NCBI GenBank assembly: GCA_947624505.1 | Contig: CANQKO010000006.1 | Coordinates: 1-56,443 of the forward strand | Length of the DNA stretch: 56,443 bases | From: an uncultured Bacilli bacterium | GTDB lineage: Bacteria > Bacillota_I > Bacilli_A > RF39 > UBA660 | Reading direction: 5' to 3' | Shown: positions 29,071 to 37,451 of the stretch, piece by piece | How the letters are laid out: each line of letters starts with the position of its first letter | Position numbering within the stretch: position 1 is the first letter of the stretch | The notes under the pieces: generated by a model | Told to the model about the DNA's origin: nothing | Seen by the model: the letters and a program-made list of their open reading frames with translations, nothing else | Database searches by the model: none | Program-made: the position numbers and the translations under genes

Positions 29071-29539
29071 ATAAATTACCTCCTAAATCATCCCAAGGCC
29101 AAGGACTATCAATCCAAGTAAACTTATCACCTTTAGTCTTATTTACTGTAAGTGGTCCATAACTTTCCATATACTCTTTTTTAGCTTCTTTTTCTTCTTT
29201 TACTAATTGTTCAAATAAATTCATTACTTCTTTATCATCAGGATGAAGATCTAAATATAAATTTAAATCATTGATGGCAAAAGAATATTGCATAACATTA
29301 AATAATTTTGCTTCTCTATCACTTTTAGGGCGAATATTTATGTAAGTTAAATTTTTATAAGGAACATATTCATTTTTAAACATATTTCCTCTTAAAAAGC
29401 CTTCTTTAGCTGGTAAAATATTTGGATTACTTTTATCAAACATTTTATTAGTCATATTAATACTTTTACCTAAATTATTACCACTAGTTAAGTTTAATAA
29501 AGCAAAATCTAAATCAACATTGTTATTATCAAATAACAT
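29063..29539 (-). CDS. cotJB: CotJB spore coat protein with a CotJA-like N-terminal part
   Basis: FAINDLNLYLDLHPDD...YGPL...W..SPWPW; upstream EGFLRGNMFKNEYVPY. Confidence 0.88.
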   Translation of the reverse strand: MLFDNNNVDLDFALLNLTSGNNLGKSINMTNKMFDKSNPNILPAKEGFLRGNMFKNEYVPYKNLTYINIRPKSDREAKLFNVMQYSFAINDLNLYLDLHPDDKEVMNLFEQLVKEEKEAKKEYMESYGPLTVNKTKGDKFTWIDSPWPWDDLGGNLYV

Positions 29540-29560
29540 AAAAAAATTACCTCCTACATT

Positions 29561-29592
29561 AATGTATGAGATAATTAAAATAGCTTATATGC
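29561..29592 (-). promoter_or_regulatory. sigma-E-type promoter of the cotJ operon
   Basis: ATA-N17-CATACATT upstream of the AGGAGG RBS. Confidence 0.6.
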
Positions 29593-29598
29593 TTTTGC

Positions 29599-30213
29599 CT
29601 ATTTTATAGTTTGAAATTCATATATATCTAGTAATTGTTCAACATCAGTTACTTTTAATAATGTATTTTTAACCCCATCTAAAACTTCTTTAACTTCACC
29701 ATCTTTAACATACACTAAAGCTGGTAATTTACTAAGTTCTTTAAGGCCCAAGCTTTCCTTTATTAAATTTAAGTAATTGTCGTTATTTTCTTTTAATTTA
29801 GTTAAATCAACATAATAAAAGATATCATTTAATTTATACTTATCAATTAATTTTTTTAAATCTTTTTCAAAATTATAAATCGTTTCATCTTTCGTATAAC
29901 TCATATAAATAAAATAAGATGAAGGTGCTTCTTGCTTAATTAGTGATATAGAATCTAAATCATCTATACTAGATTCAATCGTATTTGATGATATTAAATA
30001 ACTAACCAATAATTGCTCTTCTTTTTTAGAATTATACCAATTAAATATTAAGAATACTAAAAGAATTCCTCCCACTAAAATCAATGCCGCATACAAGTAA
30101 TTTCTGGGATTAATATATCTTTCTTTTGCACTAACTTTTACTACTTTTTTCTCTTCGCTACTTTTAGTGGCTTTTTTAGTAGCATTTGCCTTTTTTTGAC
30201 TCATTAGTACCAT
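29599..30213 (-). CDS. membrane-anchored protein, probable thioredoxin-like fold without CxxC
   Basis: TM; FIY.SY...YYVD...LPALVYVKDG. Confidence 0.6.
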   Translation of the reverse strand: MVLMSQKKANATKKATKSSEEKKVVKVSAKERYINPRNYLYAALILVGGILLVFLIFNWYNSKKEEQLLVSYLISSNTIESSIDDLDSISLIKQEAPSSYFIYMSYTKDETIYNFEKDLKKLIDKYKLNDIFYYVDLTKLKENNDNYLNLIKESLGLKELSKLPALVYVKDGEVKEVLDGVKNTLLKVTDVEQLLDIYEFQTIK

Positions 30214-30301
30214 ATCCTTTCATAAATATTTTATCATATTATAAAATTCTTTGTAAACTTCTTTTATACATTATATTTTAATTGTGTCAATTAATGCGCA
30301 A

Positions 30302-32581
30302 TTAATCATCATCTTGAACATCTTTTTTAATTACTTCCCGAGGTTTGCTGCCATTTTGAGGTCCAACAATTCCTCTTGCTTCAAGAAGATCAATCATTCT
30401 AGCTGCCCTATTAAAACCAAAACGGAATTTTCTTTGAATTAAAGATGCACTAATTTTTCCTGTAGCAATAGCAAATTCGACTATTTCATCATACATTGGA
30501 TCATCATAGCCATCTTCGCCATTACCAGAACCACTGGAAGTATTGCTTTGGGCTTCCGTTAAAGTTATTCCTTCATCATAAGTTACTTTAACTTGTTTAG
30601 CACAATAATTAATTAAACGATTAATTTCTTCATCGGAAATATAACAACCTTGAATACGTTCTGGCGTATTTTCCCCCATTGGTAAATATAACATATCACC
30701 TTTACCTAATAATTTTTCAGCACCAGTCATATCAAGAGCGGTCCTTGAATCGATACTACTAGCAACAGCAAAACAGATTCTGGATGGAATATTAGCTTTG
30801 ACAACACCAGTGATAACATCAGTTGATGGTCTTTGCGTAGCCACGATTAAATGAATACCCGCTGCTCTAGCCATTTGCGTAATACGCATTATTGAGTCTT
30901 CCACTTCTTTACTAGCCACAAGCATTAAATCAGCAAGTTCATCAATTATTACTACCATATATGGCATTTTAGGTAAAGGACTATCCGGATTTTTCTTATT
31001 TTCTTTTTCCAAGTAAGCATTATATTCACTTATTTTTTTAACTCCAGCTTCAGCAAAAATATCATATCTTTTTTCCATTTCTCTAACAACATTTTGTAAC
31101 ATTATGGAAGCTTTTTTAGGATCATTTACTACTGGGCATAATAAATGGGGTGTACCATTATAATTTGTAAGTTCAACTTTTTTCGGGTCAACCATAATAA
31201 GTTTAACATCACTTGGATTATAATTCATCAAAATAGAACAAATGATAGAATTGATACATACTGATTTACCAGAACCGGTAGAACCCGCAACTAAAAGGTG
31301 CGGCATTTTTGCCATATCTGCAACAATTGGTTTACCCATCAAATTCTTACCTAAAGTTATCATAATATCATATTTATCTTTTAAAGAATAATTAGCTTCT
31401 AGAATTTCTCTAAATGATACTGCACTAATATTTTGATTAGGTATTTCAATACCTATAGTACTTTTACCAGGGATTGGAGCTTCGATTCGAACATCTTTAG
31501 CGGCTAGAGCAAGAGCTATTTCTTTATTAATTGATAAAATTCTACTTACTTTAGTTCCTGCCGGTACTACTATTTCGTATTGGGTTACAGCGGGCCCAAT
31601 GTGAATATCTACAACTTTAGCGGTAATTTGAAAATCTTTTAATACGCTTTCTAAAACATCTTTATTTTTTAAAGTATAAGCATCGGGTCCATTATTTTTA
31701 GCCTTTTTTACTTCATTTAATATATTTAAAGATGGTAATTTATAAGAAGTATATGGTTGATATTTTTCTTCCATTTCTTCTTCCACTATCATTGGTTCAA
31801 CTTCAACTACTTCTTCTTTTTCAAGATCCTTTTCTTTGCCATTTCTGACATCTTCTAAGCTTCTTAGGACTATACTATTTTCTTTATTTTCCTCATTTAA
31901 TTGTTTAACTTCGTTTTTGGAAACTACTTCTTCGGAAATATCAGCAAGACTTGGTAATTCAGAATTCTCTTCATCATCTTCGCGATTATTTTTATTACCT
32001 TTAATAAATCCTTTAATTTTATCAATAATATCACCTAAAGTTATATTAAATAACATTATTGTACCAAATATGGCAAGGACCACTAAAACAATAATAGTTC
32101 CTACTCTAGCAAAAAGAAAATATAATGCACTGATACATAAAGCCCCAATAATTCCGCCCCCAATAGCAATTGTAGTATCACCTGTATTTAAAATTGAATT
32201 AGTAACATCAATGGTGCCAATTCTATCCATATAACTATTAACAGTCTCAGTAATAATTTCTCCCGGTGTCCCAATTTTATTTAAAAAAGTAAAATGGGCC
32301 GCTACTAAAATAACCATTACGATTAAATAAAAGCCAATTAATTTAGATGAAAAAAACTTAGGCATTTTTCTATTAAATAACATATATAAACCTATTGCTA
32401 ATAGAAAAATAACAAAGATTAACCACCAAGAACCAAGTAAAAACATTGCAAATTCTTTTATAAGAGTACCAACGTGTCCAAAGCCAAAACCAATTATGCC
32501 AATAATAGCTAAAATTAGCCCTGTAAGTTCAACACTCATTCCTTTGTTATTTGCTTCTTTTGATTTTTTTCTCTTTGCCAT
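30302..32581 (-). CDS. ftsK: DNA translocase FtsK/SpoIIIE
   Basis: 4TM N-terminus, MPHLLVAGSTGSGKS, IIDELADLM, ATQRPS, gamma domain. Confidence 0.96.
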   Translation of the reverse strand: MAKRKKSKEANNKGMSVELTGLILAIIGIIGFGFGHVGTLIKEFAMFLLGSWWLIFVIFLLAIGLYMLFNRKMPKFFSSKLIGFYLIVMVILVAAHFTFLNKIGTPGEIITETVNSYMDRIGTIDVTNSILNTGDTTIAIGGGIIGALCISALYFLFARVGTIIVLVVLAIFGTIMLFNITLGDIIDKIKGFIKGNKNNREDDEENSELPSLADISEEVVSKNEVKQLNEENKENSIVLRSLEDVRNGKEKDLEKEEVVEVEPMIVEEEMEEKYQPYTSYKLPSLNILNEVKKAKNNGPDAYTLKNKDVLESVLKDFQITAKVVDIHIGPAVTQYEIVVPAGTKVSRILSINKEIALALAAKDVRIEAPIPGKSTIGIEIPNQNISAVSFREILEANYSLKDKYDIMITLGKNLMGKPIVADMAKMPHLLVAGSTGSGKSVCINSIICSILMNYNPSDVKLIMVDPKKVELTNYNGTPHLLCPVVNDPKKASIMLQNVVREMEKRYDIFAEAGVKKISEYNAYLEKENKKNPDSPLPKMPYMVVIIDELADLMLVASKEVEDSIMRITQMARAAGIHLIVATQRPSTDVITGVVKANIPSRICFAVASSIDSRTALDMTGAEKLLGKGDMLYLPMGENTPERIQGCYISDEEINRLINYCAKQVKVTYDEGITLTEAQSNTSSGSGNGEDGYDDPMYDEIVEFAIATGKISASLIQRKFRFGFNRAARMIDLLEARGIVGPQNGSKPREVIKKDVQDDD

Positions 32582-32663
32582 AATACCACCATAATAATTA
32601 TAAACTAAATATCTTTTTTTGACAATTAATTATAGATTTTATATAATTAATTGCGGTGATATA

Positions 32664-33173
32664 ATGTTAAATGTTGTTTTATTTGAACCAGAAATTCCAA
32701 CCAATACCGGAAATATAATGCGTACTTGTATTGCTACAAATACTAAGTTACACTTAATTAAACCTTTGGGTTTTAGTTTAGATGATAAATATGTAAGAAG
32801 AAGTGGCGTCAATTATATTGATAAATGTCAATATACCGTTTATGAAAATATTGATGAATTTTTCCAAAAAAATAAAGGCGAATATTACTTTCTAACCCGC
32901 TATGGTCACAAACCACATACCTCTTTTGATTATAGCGATTCATCTAAAAATATATATTTCTTTTTCGGTAAAGAATCAACGGGTATTCCTCCTAAAATAT
33001 TAAAACCATATATTGATAGATGTCTAAGAATCCCAATGACAAGTGATGTTAGAGCTTTAAATCTTTCTAATACTGTGGCAATCGTTTTATATGAAGCTTT
33101 AAGGCAACAAAATTACCCTAATTTATTATTTGATGAACCCCATAAGTCTAAATATTTTATTGAAGAAAGTTAA
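32664..33173 (+). CDS. trmL: tRNA (cytidine34-2'-O)-methyltransferase
   Basis: VLFEPEIP.NTGNI.RTC, FG.ES.G, RIPM...RALNLSN. Confidence 0.92.
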   Translation: MLNVVLFEPEIPTNTGNIMRTCIATNTKLHLIKPLGFSLDDKYVRRSGVNYIDKCQYTVYENIDEFFQKNKGEYYFLTRYGHKPHTSFDYSDSSKNIYFFFGKESTGIPPKILKPYIDRCLRIPMTSDVRALNLSNTVAIVLYEALRQQNYPNLLFDEPHKSKYFIEES

Positions 33174-33329
33174 AAGGAAATTACAAAAAGAAGATTTCCT
33201 TTTTAATTTGTTCCTTTGTTTTTGTCATTAATAAAAATTTACAGGAACATTTTTAATAATTTAGCATATATTATATGTTCTTAAAATAAATAATTCACCA
33301 TATACTTAAATGGGTGATGCAAAAAAAGT

Positions 33330-35891
33330 ATGATTAATTTTAATGGCCTTAGTGAAGAAGAAGTCGTAGAAAGTCGTAAAAAATATGGTAATAATGAACT
33401 TACTAAAGTTAAGAAAAAAACTTTCTTTAAAATTTTATTAAGTTCTTTAGGAGATCCCATTATTAAAATTCTTTTAATAGCGTTAGCTATTAAACTGTTA
33501 TTTATTTTTTCTAAATATGATTGGTATGAAACAATTGGGATTGCCATTGCTGTAATGCTTGCTTCAATGATTTCCACTATTTCAGAATATGGTAGCGAAG
33601 AAGCTTTTAAAAGATTACAAGATGAAGCTGCTAAAATCAAAGTCAAAGTACTAAGAAACAATATTTTAAAAGAAATTTTTATTAACGAAGTTGTGGTTGG
33701 AGACATTATATCTATTACCTCTGGTGATGCCATACCTGCAGATGGTATTTTAATAAGTGGAAATATTACTTGTAATGAATCACTTTTAACTGGAGAGGCC
33801 AAAGATATTAAAAAAATTAATAATAGTAAACTTTACCGAGGGGCTGTTGTTACTAGTGGAAATGGCAAAATGCTAGTTAAAGAGGTCGGTAATAATACTG
33901 AATATGGGAAAATATCTTTAGAAATTCAAGAAGATGATCCTACTTCCCCACTTAAAATAAGGCTTTATGGTTTAGCAAAGATTATTAGTAAAATTGGTTA
34001 TATTGGGGCTTTTGTTGTTTCACTTTCTTATCTTTTTAATAAAATTGTTATTGCGAATAATTTTGATGTTAATTTAATTATCAATACTATTACTACACCA
34101 AAAATAATTTTAAATTATCTTATTTATGCTTTAACTTTGTCTGTTACAATAATAATCGTCGCTGTTCCAGAGGGATTACCTATGATGATTACTTTAGTAT
34201 TATCATCTAATATGAAAAGAATGTTAAAAGATAATGTCTTAGTAAGAAAACCAACAGGTATTGAAACAAGTGGTAATATTAATTATTTATTAACAGATAA
34301 AACTGGAACCCTTACCAAAGGAATATTAGAGGTTACTAATTTTGTGGCCGGTGATTTAAAAACTTATAAAAAAGAAGAAGATATTAAAAAAACTAAAATA
34401 TATGATACTTTATATAATGCCATTATTTTGAATAATGAAAGCATTATTAGTAATGGTAATGTAATTGGTGGTAACTCAACCGATAAAGCTTTAATCAGTT
34501 TTTTAAAATATAAACCTATTAATAAATTAATAACTAAAAGAATACCTTTTGATAGTGATATAAAATATAGTGCCATTTATTTAGATAATTGTTATTATTT
34601 AAAAGGTGCTAGTGAAGTAATTCTTCCTAAATGTAGCAAATATTTAAATACTTTAGGAGAAGAAAAAATAATTATTAATCAAAAATTAATTACTAGAGAA
34701 ATAGAAAAATATACTAAAAATGGTTTTCGCGTTATTACACTTGCTAAAGGTAATAATATTGATAATAATTTAACTTTCATTGGTTTTATAACTTTAAAAG
34801 ATGAACTTAGAAAAGAAGCTAAAGAAGGAATTAATTTAATTAAAAAAGCTGGTATTAATATTATAATGATTACCGGGGATGCTAAAGATACAGCTAAAAA
34901 TATTGCTATGGATTGTGGAATCATTGATAATGAAAAAGATTTAATTCTAACAAGTGATGAATTAAATAAAATGGATGAAGAAGAAATTAAAAAAATTATT
35001 CATCGTCTTAAAGTTGTCGCAAGAGCTTACCCAAAAGATAAAAGTCGTTTAGTTACCATATTAGAAAGTATGGACTATATTGTCGGAATGACGGGTGATG
35101 GTGTTAATGATGCACCAGCGTTAAAAAAAGCTAATGTTGGCTTTGCAATGGGAAGTGGTACAGAAGTTAGTAAAGAAGCTAGTGACATTGTTATTTTAGA
35201 TAATAATATTTTATCAATAAGTAAAGCCATTCTTTATGGAAGAACTATTTTTAAAAGTATTAGAAGATTTGTTACTTATCAATTAACGGTCAATTTTACA
35301 GCATTGTTCTTATCAATTATTGGTTCATATATTGGTGTTAGTACCCCGATTACAATAATTCAAATGTTATGGCTTAATATGATAATGGATACTTTCTCTG
35401 GGCTTGCCTTCTCTTATGAAGCACCACTTAAATATTATATGGAACATAAACCCAAAAGAAAAGATGAACCAATCATAAATAAATATATGTATTCGCAAAT
35501 AATTATTAATTCTATTTATTCGGCTCTTCTTTGCATTTTATTTTTAAAACTTCCTATTATTAAGGATATCGTCCGTAGTGATTATAAACATTTTATGACA
35601 TCTTATTTTGCTCTTTTCATTTTTATTGGTATCTTTAATGCCTTTAATGCTAGAACAGAAAGATTAAATATACTTTCAAACATTTTAAAAAATAAAGTAT
35701 TTATTATCATTTTTACCTTTATTATCATAGTGCAAATATTTTTAATTTATAATGGTAATGATCTTTTTAGAACCTATGGAATGACAGCTTTTGAATTGTT
35801 ATTTGTAGTTGGATTAGCATTTACAGTTATCCCAATAGATTTTTTAAGAAAAATTATTTTAAAGGAAAAAGGTATTAAAATTGAAGTTTAA
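33330..35891 (+). CDS. P-type (Ca2+-type) cation ATPase
   Basis: TGE, VPEGLP, DKTGTLT, KGA.E, TGD, GDGVNDAPALK. Confidence 0.95.
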   Translation: MINFNGLSEEEVVESRKKYGNNELTKVKKKTFFKILLSSLGDPIIKILLIALAIKLLFIFSKYDWYETIGIAIAVMLASMISTISEYGSEEAFKRLQDEAAKIKVKVLRNNILKEIFINEVVVGDIISITSGDAIPADGILISGNITCNESLLTGEAKDIKKINNSKLYRGAVVTSGNGKMLVKEVGNNTEYGKISLEIQEDDPTSPLKIRLYGLAKIISKIGYIGAFVVSLSYLFNKIVIANNFDVNLIINTITTPKIILNYLIYALTLSVTIIIVAVPEGLPMMITLVLSSNMKRMLKDNVLVRKPTGIETSGNINYLLTDKTGTLTKGILEVTNFVAGDLKTYKKEEDIKKTKIYDTLYNAIILNNESIISNGNVIGGNSTDKALISFLKYKPINKLITKRIPFDSDIKYSAIYLDNCYYLKGASEVILPKCSKYLNTLGEEKIIINQKLITREIEKYTKNGFRVITLAKGNNIDNNLTFIGFITLKDELRKEAKEGINLIKKAGINIIMITGDAKDTAKNIAMDCGIIDNEKDLILTSDELNKMDEEEIKKIIHRLKVVARAYPKDKSRLVTILESMDYIVGMTGDGVNDAPALKKANVGFAMGSGTEVSKEASDIVILDNNILSISKAILYGRTIFKSIRRFVTYQLTVNFTALFLSIIGSYIGVSTPITIIQMLWLNMIMDTFSGLAFSYEAPLKYYMEHKPKRKDEPIINKYMYSQIIINSIYSALLCILFLKLPIIKDIVRSDYKHFMTSYFALFIFIGIFNAFNARTERLNILSNILKNKVFIIIFTFIIIVQIFLIYNGNDLFRTYGMTAFELLFVVGLAFTVIPIDFLRKIILKEKGIKIEV

Positions 35892-35913
35892 AGGTTGCTA
35901 AATAACAACCTTT

Positions 35914-37143
35914 TTAATTGGCTATTTTCTCTAACAAAGCATTCTTAATATCATCATCAGTAAGAAGGTTTATTGAAAATGTTTTACTTCCAATATGATT
36001 AATGGAGGTACCACAGTGATAAATTATTTTCTTATCAATTATAAAATATCGATCGTGATAATCTTCATTATACTTTATCTTTAAATTATGATACTGTTCT
36101 TGATACTTTTTAATATCTATTTCTTTTAAACATCTATTTTTCTTAACTATTAATGTTACCGGTACTTTAATATTTCTTATTATATCTAAGACTATTTTAT
36201 CTGCATAACCATCTATTATTATTAATTCTTCCTTAGCCATTTTAAAGATATCTACTATTTTGGAATAAGCATCATATATTTGACCTTGAAAATAAATTTC
36301 ACTATTTTTCTTTTCTTCTTTAAAACTATTAAATGATTCTTGTAATAATTTGATATCTTCAGTATTTTTAAATACTTGATTATAAATATTTCTTTGCTCA
36401 AGTAATTCTCTCGATAGATATTTTCGCATTAGAACAAAAGCATCCATTATTGCTACGCTGACTTCATCTGCTACATTCGTATTTAAAACGGTTGAAAGCA
36501 TTGCAACACCTTCTTCGGTAAAGACGTATGGTAAGTACTTAGAATATTGTCCTCTTTTTATGTCTAAGGTCACAAATTGTGACCTTAGACATTCATTATA
36601 TTCACTTTTTGTTAGTTGAAACATAAACCTTTCTGGAAATCTTTTGATGTTTCTTTTAGCCGCTTGGTTAATCTCTTTAGTACCATTTTTACAGTTATAA
36701 AGAATGGCTAAATCACTATCTAGCATTACTTGAACACCCCTTATTTCATAAATCAAATTGGTTATTTTTTGCCCATTATATGGGACAATTTCGGCATTTT
36801 CCACTTTTTCAATTTCATTTTCATTCTTTAGCCATTCGATAAATTTTTCTTTCTTTTTACTGGAAATATAATTTATTAATTCTATTAAATTTTCGCTATC
36901 TATGACATCAGTTAAACGATTTTTTCCATCGGTTGAATTCATTTTCAAGTGTCCGATTTTACCGGACAGTTGACTGTCATTTTTTACTAATTCTGACTTT
37001 AGATCATTCCAATATTTTCTTGATCTTTCACTTTCTGTTAAGATGCTTATGACATCTACAATACTGTAATAAACTACGTTATCTACAGTAATATATCTTA
37101 TTTTTTTATTTTCATATTCTTTAATAATTGTTTCATTTTCCAT
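35914..37143 (-). CDS. Bro-N-like + ORF6N domain protein with a C-terminal PLD-like domain
   Basis: YYSIVDVI..LT...R.YW..LK...LKM...DGK.RLTDV; IYEIRG.QVMLDSDLA..Y...NQA.KRN..RFPE.FMFQL..LPYVFTEEGVAMLS; IIIDGY...HDRY.IID...YHCG.S. Confidence 0.85.
   Translation of the reverse strand: MENETIIKEYENKKIRYITVDNVVYYSIVDVISILTESERSRKYWNDLKSELVKNDSQLSGKIGHLKMNSTDGKNRLTDVIDSENLIELINYISSKKKEKFIEWLKNENEIEKVENAEIVPYNGQKITNLIYEIRGVQVMLDSDLAILYNCKNGTKEINQAAKRNIKRFPERFMFQLTKSEYNECLRSQFVTLDIKRGQYSKYLPYVFTEEGVAMLSTVLNTNVADEVSVAIMDAFVLMRKYLSRELLEQRNIYNQVFKNTEDIKLLQESFNSFKEEKKNSEIYFQGQIYDAYSKIVDIFKMAKEELIIIDGYADKIVLDIIRNIKVPVTLIVKKNRCLKEIDIKKYQEQYHNLKIKYNEDYHDRYFIIDKKIIYHCGTSINHIGSKTFSINLLTDDDIKNALLEKIAN
36560..36592. 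repeat. perfect 33-bp intragenic palindrome (16+1+16)
   Basis: atgtctaaggtcacaa-a-ttgtgaccttagacat, encoding CLRSQFVTLDI. Confidence 0.95.
36945..36973. repeat. intragenic imperfect palindrome
   Basis: tcaagtgtccg-attttac-cggacagttga, encoding QLSGKIGHL. Confidence 0.85.
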
Positions 37144-37181
37144 TAATTAAACCCCACCTTCATAATTATTAATTTTATTTC

Positions 37182-37206
37182 AAAGCGTCACAAGTTGTGA
37201 CGGTTT
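37182..37206. repeat. leader palindrome A
   Basis: cgtcacaa-g-ttgtgacg (37186-37202). Confidence 0.9.
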
Positions 37207-37258
37207 CAAATTATATTTTTAATTCATTAATTAAAACAATTTTATTATTAATTTGCTT

Positions 37259-37289
37259 TTCAGTTGTCCGGTAAAATCGGACAACTGAA
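37259..37289. repeat. leader palindrome B
   Basis: ttcagttgtccg-gtaaaat-cggacaactgaa. Confidence 0.9.
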
Positions 37290-37335
37290 TTACATTTTAA
37301 GGTTATAAATTAATACTTTATTCTCTGATAAATCC

Positions 37336-37365
37336 ATCATACTACTACGAACATATATTTGTCAA
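37336..37365 (-). promoter_or_regulatory. sigma-A promoter with a near-consensus LexA box
   Basis: TTGACA-18-TATGAT; CGAACATATATTTG at 37348-37361 (1 mismatch to CGAACRNRYGTTYG). Confidence 0.55.
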
Positions 37366-37451
37366 TAACTATTTTGATGTTTTTTAAAAAAATTTTTTAA
37401 ACATAATAAAAACCTCGCTTTTATTTAAGAAACGAGGCTTAATTATTAATA

